Shown here: positions 10,133 through 18,161 of the stretch, piece by piece | Numbering within the stretch: the stretch's first letter is position 1 | Layout of the letters: each line of letters opens with the position of its first letter | Origin: Candidatus Azotimanducaceae bacterium | Lineage (GTDB): Bacteria; Pseudomonadota; Gammaproteobacteria; Pseudomonadales; Azotimanducaceae | Direction: 5' to 3' | Assembly: GCA_965657335.1 (NCBI GenBank) | Contig: CBFHOH010000015.1 | Coordinates: forward strand, 6,436 to 70,435 | DNA length: 64,000 nt | Program-made: the position numbers and the translations under genes | The notes under the pieces: generated by a model | Databases searched by the model: none | What the model saw: only the letters and a program-made list of their open reading frames with translations | What the model was told of the DNA's origin: nothing

Positions 10133-10428
10133 TGGGTTTTTCAAACACTGAAAGCGCTGGTAAAAATGAGCGCCTAACTGAAGCGCCTTACAAAGAAAGC
10201 CATCTTCGTAGTTTGCTAAAAGCGACCTCTTGGCGCGTGCTGGCGACGCTCACGACAACGATTATTGCCTATTTTATCACCGGCGAAGTGAAAACCGCGC
10301 TCACGATAGGCAGTATTGAATTTGTTCTCAAGTTTGTCATTTATTATCTACACGAAAGAGCCTGGCAACTGGTTCCGAGGGGCGGGATAAGAAGGCTGGT
10401 TTATCAGATTTTTCCGGCGTTAAAATAA
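10132..10428 (+). CDS. DUF2061-family small membrane protein
   Basis: SHLRSLLKATSWRVLATLTTTIIAYFITGE...FVLKFVIYYLHERAW is typical of DUF2061, which I recall as commonly adjacent to cysNC. The ATG at 10132 overlaps the cysNC stop. The ORF-track start at 10102 is probably too far upstream. Confidence 0.6.
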   Translation: MGFSNTESAGKNERLTEAPYKESHLRSLLKATSWRVLATLTTTIIAYFITGEVKTALTIGSIEFVLKFVIYYLHERAWQLVPRGGIRRLVYQIFPALK

Positions 10429-10503
10429 ATGTATTGCTATCTGCGCTATTTCCGAAGGGTTACGTCCTGCAGTGTAATTCGATTATTTTATTAGGAGTCT
10501 TGA

Positions 10504-13119
10504 ATGCCTTCGTTTCGTTGGATAGAGAATATCCTGCCGATTATTTACGCCGTGTTTTTTCTCAGTGCCTGTGGGGGTAAGACGGAAGGGCCAAAAGTCG
10601 ATATTAGTCCATTTCTAGCTAATTCAACTGAGTTCCTCGACGTTGGCCAATTTCAGGCGGCAATCATTGAATCACGCAATGCGATTCAATCTGCTCCTGA
10701 CGATCTACGCGGGTATATTGCCCTGGCGAATATATACATAGAAATTGGCCAGCCGAAAGAAGCGATAAAGTTATTGGAGCCCTTTGACGGATCGTCTGCT
10801 GACTTCTATCTCACCCAAGCGACAGCTTATTTGCGTTCCGGGAAGTTACGTTCGGCGGGTGACACCTTGGCTGCTGACGTTGCTGTATTTGCTGCCCGTC
10901 AGGTAGATTACGAATTGCTCAAAGCCGAACTCGAGTATGCCCGTGGTCGGCTTGATGAAGCAGAAAAGGCATTCGAAGTTGTCCTCGCAGGTGATAGACA
11001 AAACATAGATGCTGCTATCGGCATTGCGCGGATTGATGTTGCTCGACGAGATTTCGAAGCGGCAGAGATTAAACTCGAAGCGGCGCTAATACAAGCGCCG
11101 GCAAACCCGATAGCGCTGCTTTTTGCAAGCTCACTTCAGGCACGCAAAGGTAATTTGACTGAAGCTGAGGACCTCTTGATGGAAGCAGTTTCAGCGACAC
11201 CAAACACAGACATTATCACGCCGGTTCGTTTTTCGGTTTTAACTGCGTTACGTGACAACCTGACCCGACAGGGAAAAACCAGCGAGGCGATGATTTATTC
11301 GGAAATACTGGCTGAATCTTCGCCAGGAGCCAGAGAAGTTAATGCCCAGCTTCAGCAAGCCATGGAGGCGCTCGAGCAGAGTGATTTTGAGGGTGCCAAG
11401 TTAATGCTTGGAGATATTCAAGCAAAGGTGCCTAGTTCCGAGAGAGCTGGCACGATGCTAGGCGTTGTTGAGTTTTTGCAAGGCAACAACGCCGAAGCGG
11501 TAGAACAATTTGAGCAATTTGTCGATCCTGAAACAGCTTCCGCAACCGCGCTACAGATGTTTGCCATGGCTGAGCTCAAACTGAACCAGCCTCAAAAAGT
11601 CCTTGATCAGCTGAGCAAGGACATTGATAACAGTTCGGACGCGAAGCTAGTGGCGCTTTTTGGTATAGCTTCTGTCAGTGCAAATCTGCCTGAGCAGGGG
11701 GAAGGCTACCTCAAGAAAGCTATCGCGCTAGACCCGGACGATGGTCGTGTTAGGTTGGCGCTTTTGAGATTGTACAATGGACGGGGTGAGCTAGATAAGG
11801 GACTAGCGCAAGCCATGGCGGCATTCAAAAGTCGGCCGGAGGATGCTGTTGTTCAAGCTGCCTATGTCGAGCAATTGATGCTCTTGGAGCAGCAGGTAAA
11901 AGCGGCCGATGTCGTAAAAGGTATTCAATCAAGCTATCCAAACTCACAGGAAACGCAATTGTTAGTGGGTCGTTTCTATTTGAGTCAGGGTGATACAAAA
12001 AAAGCGACCCGCATTTTTGAGCAAGTATTGGCGCTGGGCGAGTCCCGATCTGCAAGACATCAAATAGCGCGCATACAACTTGCAAACCGAGATTTTCAGA
12101 AGGCGGAAGCCAGTTATCGAGGGTTGATTGAGCTAGACCCGGAAGACGACGTTGCTTACAAGGGACTGATGACCGTATTCGAGGTGCAGGATAAAAAAGA
12201 CGGCGGTATTAAAGAGCTTATGAGACTCTCGGAATCAAGCGACGCCGTGATGCCAAGATTAGTGTTGGTAGAATTCTACGGTAGAAACGGTAATTTCGAC
12301 GATGCTTTCGGTTTGCTCGCGCGGATTGACCCCCCGCTTCCGGCGGCTGGTGAGCGGTTGCAACAAACGCTTTATATTGCACTTGCTGAGCAGCAATTTA
12401 ATAACCAAAACGTTGCTGAGAGTCGGCAGACCATTCTTGAGGGTTTGTCTAATTCACCGGATAACCCTAGATTATTAGCCTTGTTGGTAAGTGTTGAATT
12501 GCGAGCTAAAAATCAGCAAGAGGCGGAGAAAGTTTATGCCGGGCTGACTGAAATTGTCCCTAACGCACCTATCTTGGCAATCTTAGCCGGAGATATTGCG
12601 GTCGCGAAAAATAATCTCGTGGAAGCGGCGATAAACTACAAACAAGCTTGGAACATGGCGCCCTCGGATCAGGTGGCGATCAAGTATTTCGCTGTTCTGA
12701 GTCGCCAAACGCCGATTGACAGTAAGGAAAGTCTACGTTTTCTGCTGGACTGGGAATCGAAGGCGCCCGACAGCATGCTGGCTAAGTTGAGTAAGGCGGG
12801 GCACTATCTTCAAACAGGTGAGACCAGTTTAGCGCAGCAGGGATATGAGTCCTTACTGTTGGCCAATGACGACATAGCAGTCGCACATAATAATCTTGCT
12901 TGGTTATATGGAGAAAAAGCACTGACCAGGGCCTTGGCAGCAGGAAAGAGAGCTTATGAGCTAGCGCCGCAAAATGGTGAAATAGTGGACACTTATGCTT
13001 GGTTTCTCTACAAAAGCGGCGAGTTGGTTATGGCAAAAGATTTGATGGCCAAAGCTGTCGAGCTTTCTCCCGATAATGAAGAGATTAGGCAACATTTTGA
13101 GGCGGTTTTTGAGCAATAA
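10504..13119 (+). CDS. prsT: PEP-CTERM system TPR-repeat lipoprotein (PrsT-type)
   Basis: 871 aa. Lipobox FFLSACGG, then TPR-like repeats along the whole length. The size matches PrsT (~900 aa) and the locus context fits. Confidence 0.7.
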   Translation: MPSFRWIENILPIIYAVFFLSACGGKTEGPKVDISPFLANSTEFLDVGQFQAAIIESRNAIQSAPDDLRGYIALANIYIEIGQPKEAIKLLEPFDGSSADFYLTQATAYLRSGKLRSAGDTLAADVAVFAARQVDYELLKAELEYARGRLDEAEKAFEVVLAGDRQNIDAAIGIARIDVARRDFEAAEIKLEAALIQAPANPIALLFASSLQARKGNLTEAEDLLMEAVSATPNTDIITPVRFSVLTALRDNLTRQGKTSEAMIYSEILAESSPGAREVNAQLQQAMEALEQSDFEGAKLMLGDIQAKVPSSERAGTMLGVVEFLQGNNAEAVEQFEQFVDPETASATALQMFAMAELKLNQPQKVLDQLSKDIDNSSDAKLVALFGIASVSANLPEQGEGYLKKAIALDPDDGRVRLALLRLYNGRGELDKGLAQAMAAFKSRPEDAVVQAAYVEQLMLLEQQVKAADVVKGIQSSYPNSQETQLLVGRFYLSQGDTKKATRIFEQVLALGESRSARHQIARIQLANRDFQKAEASYRGLIELDPEDDVAYKGLMTVFEVQDKKDGGIKELMRLSESSDAVMPRLVLVEFYGRNGNFDDAFGLLARIDPPLPAAGERLQQTLYIALAEQQFNNQNVAESRQTILEGLSNSPDNPRLLALLVSVELRAKNQQEAEKVYAGLTEIVPNAPILAILAGDIAVAKNNLVEAAINYKQAWNMAPSDQVAIKYFAVLSRQTPIDSKESLRFLLDWESKAPDSMLAKLSKAGHYLQTGETSLAQQGYESLLLANDDIAVAHNNLAWLYGEKALTRALAAGKRAYELAPQNGEIVDTYAWFLYKSGELVMAKDLMAKAVELSPDNEEIRQHFEAVFEQ

Positions 13120-13243
13120 ACGCGCTTTTTGACCAAACAATCCAATTAATTCCTCAAAACGTGACCTGGTTCAAATAAGTGATGCAATAAGTCAGCTTAT
13201 ACTGTTTACTTAGGTAAAATCTCGGTCGGGAAGGGGCAGTTTT

Positions 13244-14173
13244 TTGACTTCGTTGTTAAACCAAAACGCAATCGCTAACTCAGGAGAGCATGGACCTGAC
13301 GTGCTTCATTTTCCAGTCCGAAGTGCTTCAAGTGGGTTGGATGCGCCGGTTTCCCCGGAACTGAGAGAAAAGCCCACAACGCTTTACCATAAAATTAGCC
13401 GTTTTGAAGTCACAAAAGAAGATTTGGCTGCGGGTCAAACCGCGTTGCTGTACAGAGAGTATTTGGGTAACACCGATGTGCCTGATCGTGAAAATCTGTA
13501 CCTCGAGGTGCTCAACGATGTCGTACGAGGCGTCTCATCCTCGGCAAGCTTGCTGCCATTTATCGTTTACGAGCCAAATAGAAAGCTGGTTTCGAAAGCC
13601 GTCGGTGATTTTTTGTCGCACCGAAATTGTAACCTCGATGACGAGTTTGCTGGCGTCCATGAAGTCGTAGAGATCCTAGTGGGTAGCCACGCAGCGAATA
13701 AAGGCGCGATTCTGGCAGGACTTGTTGCTGTCGGGGATCGTCGAATAAACGCTGTTGCGCGCGCGGCTCGTCATTTGCTGACACCGGAAGATATTCGTAG
13801 TTTCTCTAGATACCATATCAATAGAATCCGATCTTCCTCTGTTGAGTTTTGTTTGGATTGGCTGATTGAACTCAATCAGGGAACCGACCGCTTAGTGGTC
13901 GCTGATATTGGATGCGCGCTGATGCTCATGGTCTTTCATGACGAGCTCGGTTTTGTAGAAGACCTATCCGAAATAAACTATGTTGGCTTCAAAAACACGA
14001 AGGTTTTGCAGACAAAGACGTTTGAGAATTATTACTCTGAAATTATGCCAATCTTGAAATATCTCAAGGGCTGCGAAGGCTTCGAAACAATTATCCAGAC
14101 AGTGATTGATGCTTGGCAGGACCACGAGTTTAAGGCTGCTGAGATGAGAGCTCAAGCCGAAGCTGAAGCCTAG
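13244..14173 (+). CDS. Hypothetical protein, paralog A of an unrecognised family
   Basis: 309-aa ORF with a TTG start preceded by GGGAAGGGG. I recognised no family. It is clearly homologous to the convergent neighbour at 14358-15407. A hairpin terminator follows. Confidence 0.6.
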   Translation: MTSLLNQNAIANSGEHGPDVLHFPVRSASSGLDAPVSPELREKPTTLYHKISRFEVTKEDLAAGQTALLYREYLGNTDVPDRENLYLEVLNDVVRGVSSSASLLPFIVYEPNRKLVSKAVGDFLSHRNCNLDDEFAGVHEVVEILVGSHAANKGAILAGLVAVGDRRINAVARAARHLLTPEDIRSFSRYHINRIRSSSVEFCLDWLIELNQGTDRLVVADIGCALMLMVFHDELGFVEDLSEINYVGFKNTKVLQTKTFENYYSEIMPILKYLKGCEGFETIIQTVIDAWQDHEFKAAEMRAQAEAEA

Positions 14174-14233
14174 CGCGGCGCCTATCCCCGCTGATCACCC
14201 CTGATCATCGAAATATGATAATACAAAGATTGT

Positions 14234-14262
14234 AGCCATCGATTGAGATGGCTGTTTTCGTT
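14234..14262 (+). terminator. Rho-independent terminator after paralog A
   Basis: Stem AGCCATC (14234-14240), loop GATTGA, stem GATGGCT (14247-14253), followed by GTTTTCGTT. Confidence 0.55.
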
Positions 14263-14357
14263 GACATTGTGGCGGAAGGCGCTGCTTGGAGAGTCGAGCT
14301 TGAGTGACCATGCCTCGAGGTGAAGAAGCCCACCTGTTTCTTGTCAAAGGTAGAAGT

Positions 14358-15407
14358 TTAACGGCGTTTCATTGTCCTTCGCGCGCTTTCACGGCGGCTT
14401 GACTGTCGGCGGTCGATGAGTGGCGTAAGGTTGACGATGCGCCGATCACTGGCGCGCCGGTCAGAATTTTTACGGCGGGTTGTGGCCCTTCTTCTTTGTT
14501 CAGCCTGATTGAAGGAATTGCTAGTTGGGTTCCTCAACAACTCAATCATCAGGTCGAGTGACGGTATGTGGGCCCTTGAGAGAGTTTCTATAATTGGCTG
14601 AAATTTTTCTAATGCCCGCTGCAATGTGACTGATGCATCAATATCTGCTGTTGGAAAACCATACGGACCAAAATTGTGATGCAGGTTTTTTACGCGTAAC
14701 CCCGGCTCGTTGGCGATGGTTGAAGAAATTGCAGATGCGATTTGAATAGCCACGCTAAACTTCTTTTTCGTAACAAGATCTACCAGCCAGGTTAGGCAGA
14801 ATTCAATTGTACACTCGTATAATTCAGGTATCGTCGCCGCGGCAAATGCCTTTGCTTCCATTGGCGATATTGAGCTTCTAAGTGGTCTCAGTGCGGTGCA
14901 AATCCGTCTGTCCCCGAAACATGCCATCGCGCTTATCACTGCACCGTGGTTGGCGACACGGCCAGCGTCAAGCAGACCAATAAGGTCTTCCGTGGCGCTT
15001 AAGGGTCGCTTGAAGCTGACTCTGCGATTCCTGATATATGCGTGAACCGCAGGGGTCGTGATGGTGTGCTTGGTCTCAAAGCGGATGACCGGAATCAAGG
15101 AAACTGCGTCCAATTCTGCGGCTTCAACTTGGTCTAATATGTATTGTAGAAGCTGTTGACGCTGACCCGCGGTGGTGTCCGTCAGCATTTGTGTGTAGAT
15201 GAACTTCAGGCTGTCAAACTGGAGCTTAGATGATTGGAGGGTCAATTGTTGGATATTAAACAGGAGACAATCAACGGCCAAAGGCATTTCATCGCTAAAA
15301 ATTTCTTGCAATAGGTTTCCGCTGCTCGAGCGCGGTCCATTTCTCAAATCTCGTGGTTGATCAGTAAGTCGCTTATTCATCGCGTTTACTGCCTGTTTCA
15401 TCGACAC
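14358..15407 (-). CDS. Hypothetical protein, paralog B, with an arginine-doublet-rich C-terminal tail
   Basis: 349-aa ORF with a GTG at 15407 or an ATG at 15401. The central region aligns with paralog A (GDRRI..., EFCL.WL..L). The last 49 aa contain 17 Arg, arranged as one RRR triplet and seven RR doublets. Confidence 0.6.
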   Translation of the reverse strand: MSMKQAVNAMNKRLTDQPRDLRNGPRSSSGNLLQEIFSDEMPLAVDCLLFNIQQLTLQSSKLQFDSLKFIYTQMLTDTTAGQRQQLLQYILDQVEAAELDAVSLIPVIRFETKHTITTPAVHAYIRNRRVSFKRPLSATEDLIGLLDAGRVANHGAVISAMACFGDRRICTALRPLRSSISPMEAKAFAAATIPELYECTIEFCLTWLVDLVTKKKFSVAIQIASAISSTIANEPGLRVKNLHHNFGPYGFPTADIDASVTLQRALEKFQPIIETLSRAHIPSLDLMIELLRNPTSNSFNQAEQRRRATTRRKNSDRRASDRRIVNLTPLIDRRQSSRRESARRTMKRR

Positions 15408-15567
15408 GAATGAGATGAATTTTCTTTACCTGCAGTGCGTTAAGTGTGCCGGAAGCACGCAATGAATCGTGTGTTGTAACTTTCGAGCTGTCAGGTCTGA
15501 TAAGTACATTCAGTGTTTTCGGTTCAAGATGTAGAATCATAAGTCTTGCTACTGCCTACCCCTAAGC

Positions 15568-15591
15568 GCAGAAACGCGGTTCTGCCTTTTT
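15568..15591 (+). terminator. Orphan terminator-like hairpin in an ORF-free region
   Basis: Stem GCAGAA (15568-15573), loop ACGCGG, stem TTCTGC (15580-15585), then CTTTTT. There is no plus-strand ORF upstream. The T-tract is present only on the plus strand. Confidence 0.3.
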
Positions 15592-16214
15592 AATATCTTA
15601 CGTTTGTGAACCCCTCTCCGAGGATTCCTAATAAGCCGTTGATGACATTAAGTGCCCCTGTAAATACTAGCAATAAGTGGGCCAGTATAAAAAACACAAT
15701 ATAAACAATGGCTTAAAGAATTTTTTGTCAAATTGGTTTTCTTTTGTAAGCTGTTTCGACATATCGGGTAATAATTAGGTCAAAGTGTTGAGTTTCGTGG
15801 CGGGAAACATCACCCGTTAGGGAATATCAACACGCTCTTGCCTGGTTTTGCCGCTTTTTTTCGTCACTGTTGCATTTTTCTGTAAATTTCATCGACAAAA
15901 ACACAGCGTTGCTAGAAAATTTAGCGATTCAGAACAGTGCACAGAGAACAGGTTTGATTACAAACGTCCGTGAAATTGGGATGTTTGCGGATACGCTATG
16001 ACTTGTCCTTGTTCAACGTTTGATGGTTCTATTCTGCGGGTCATTGCTTTCGGGCTGTTTAGTCGAGCTGTTAATGAGCAGTTTTTCATCGTCCTCCCCG
16101 AGCAGTCAGTCAATCATCCATCGCTTGTGTTCATATAGCGATAAAATCAGCGTGCCAAAATGTGTGAAAGCGAGTGGCACCGGGCGGTAGTTTTTGCTAG
16201 AACATCAAACGATG

Positions 16215-16234
16215 TAAAAAAGACGCGAGCGCGT
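16215..16234 (-). terminator. Putative short terminator directly after the 542-aa gene
   Basis: On the minus strand it reads TAA-CGCGCTCGCGTC-TTTTTT. This is a short GC palindrome (ACGC/GCGT, 4-nt loop) followed by T6 and overlapping the stop codon. Confidence 0.35.
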
Positions 16235-17862
16235 TAGTAACGGCCTTTTCTTCTGTTAGATAATCGGGGTGTCGCAGCAAGGTCTTTGGCTGGTTTGCCG
16301 CGTTTTTCCCAAATCATTTTGACGAATTCCCGTTTAATGCCATGAATCACCTCGGGTGTTTGAGCGCTGCGTAGTTGTTTCTCCAGTGCTAGCTGTTTTC
16401 TGGTAATGATAAGGTCAACCATATGTTCCTTATTCTTTACTAGCTCCTGCTCAAGGGAGCGATAGTCCACATCTGTCGTGATTTCAGCTTCAACTCTACG
16501 TGTGATTGAATGGATAAAATTCTCTACGTCTCGATGTTCTAGGTCGCTATTTCTACGTCTCGGATCCATCGAACGTTTTGATTTTATCGTAGATCTGAAA
16601 ACCCTGAGTTCGTGTTGCCATTCAGAACATTGTCTAAGGATCGGTCTTAGGGCATTAAACGCAGCAATGTCATCAAAATCGTTTTCGAATTGATGGTGAT
16701 TGCCTTCTCTCATGACGATGGAAAAATTCTGTTTAAAGTCGGCCCATTCAGTCAGGCGCGCCTTGTGATCATGAGTGAGCAGGGCTTCAATTGCTTGCTT
16801 CTGATCAGTTCGTTTCTTTTCTGTGTCTCTGGCCAACCGCGATTCAATTGACTTTATATGTTCCTGAAGTAACTGCGTTCGTTCGAGCGCAGGAATATTA
16901 TTTGCTTCCATATCGGCCAACTGTGCCTCAAAAGCCTCCATCTCCTGCTTAACCTCCTGAAACTTTTTCTTCTCACAGAAATCTTTGAGTTCATTAAATC
17001 GCCAGTAGTGAGAAAATCTGTTTTGCATTACAACGAGAAAATCGTTTTGCAACAGTCGAATGATCGACTCATTTTGACCTTCGTCCACATCGGTAACGCG
17101 ACTGTTTATCTCGCGAATCATATTCGCGTATTCAGCAAACCATTCCCGTGATCGACCAAGAAACTGATAGTCGTCTGCTACTTGTGACAATTGATCATCT
17201 ATCTCATCAAATGGTAGATCACCAATACGTTCGATATAGTCGTTAAATAGTTTGTATTGCTGTCGCTGGTAAGAGGAGAATTCTTCTCTAACTTTCCTCG
17301 TTTGAGGAAAAATGCGGGATGCGCGCTCGTTGTTGTCAAAAAGGCCCGATGGTTTGTACGCCTCAATCTCCTCTTTTTTGCGAACATATACTTTGTATTC
17401 GTTCTCAAAAAACTGTGCACGTTGTGAATTCGCAAATCTGCCTTTTACATAGTCCCAATCAAGCACCTTGGGTGTCTTTGCGGCAAAAACTCTGTCCCAC
17501 CAGCTGACCGGTAATTCTTCCATCATGCGCGACAAGAAATTTCTTTCCAGAAACGCCAGCATACTTGTGCGTTTTTGTTCTTGCTCTTCGATAGAAAACA
17601 GCTCGTCGCTAGGCGTTGAATCTTTTACATGCTTGAGACTTTTATTCAGATCTGTTCGATGAATGCTCCAGAGTTTGTCTAGATCAAGCGCTGACCATGA
17701 ATCTTCCAGTCCGGTAAGTGTATTGCGCCAGGCTTTGGATTCCTCTGCCGATTCCCCATGGGCTTCGAGTTCATCAGAGATTGATCGATCATTGGTCTGG
17801 TCCTCATTGAGCCCGTCATCAGCAGTATTGTGTTTTCTGCCAAATATGTGTTTCCAAAGCAT
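16234..17862 (-). CDS. Hypothetical 542-aa charged, helix-rich protein
   Basis: The long ORF has no antisense competitor of comparable size. I chose the Met at 17862 (MLWKHIFGRK), which is preceded by AGGAAC. The track start at 18018 adds an implausible N-terminus. No P-loop, TM segment or known motif was recognised. Confidence 0.6.
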   Translation of the reverse strand: MLWKHIFGRKHNTADDGLNEDQTNDRSISDELEAHGESAEESKAWRNTLTGLEDSWSALDLDKLWSIHRTDLNKSLKHVKDSTPSDELFSIEEQEQKRTSMLAFLERNFLSRMMEELPVSWWDRVFAAKTPKVLDWDYVKGRFANSQRAQFFENEYKVYVRKKEEIEAYKPSGLFDNNERASRIFPQTRKVREEFSSYQRQQYKLFNDYIERIGDLPFDEIDDQLSQVADDYQFLGRSREWFAEYANMIREINSRVTDVDEGQNESIIRLLQNDFLVVMQNRFSHYWRFNELKDFCEKKKFQEVKQEMEAFEAQLADMEANNIPALERTQLLQEHIKSIESRLARDTEKKRTDQKQAIEALLTHDHKARLTEWADFKQNFSIVMREGNHHQFENDFDDIAAFNALRPILRQCSEWQHELRVFRSTIKSKRSMDPRRRNSDLEHRDVENFIHSITRRVEAEITTDVDYRSLEQELVKNKEHMVDLIITRKQLALEKQLRSAQTPEVIHGIKREFVKMIWEKRGKPAKDLAATPRLSNRRKGRY

Positions 17863-18090
17863 GAGGTTCCTAGCGTTTTGAATGATGTATTGCTGATGCG
17901 CTGGAGAGCGTATCAATATTCCGATGATTCTTGAAGGGGTTAGCACCACTGTTAGGCGATCGCGACAAGGAGTGTCCGTAAATTCGACCCAAATAAATAG
18001 TGTCGAAAAACTTAACACTCTCAGGGTCGCTTCTGAAGCGCGTCAAATTCGCAGTTCTCATGTCATTGAAATTAATAGCAATAATAACTA

Positions 18091-18106
18091 TGGCACGGGG
18101 ATTGCT
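18091..18106 (+). promoter_or_regulatory. Sigma-54 (RpoN) -24/-12 promoter
   Basis: TGGCACGGGGATTGCT has GG at 18092-18093 and GC at 18104-18105, separated by exactly 10 nt, matching TGGCACG-N4-TTGCW. It lies 56 nt upstream of the PEP-CTERM gene ATG. Confidence 0.7.
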
Positions 18107-18161
18107 TAAAGTGTTTAAAAAGTAACAGCGAAAAATCAAGCTTTAATATGAATCGAATAGC

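Noticed and set aside
15373-15540. 55-aa minus-strand ORF (MILHLEPKTLNVLIRPDSS...) just upstream of paralog B, overlapping its start
   Set aside because: It is below the size where an ORF alone is evidence. Its SD is weak and it has no recognisable motif. It is kept only as a possibility within the ORF-free-region finding.
16175-16197. Second TGGCAC...TTGC pair (possible sigma-54 promoter)
   Set aside because: The GG and GC elements are about 18 nt apart instead of 10. The element also points into the 3' end of the convergent 542-aa gene.
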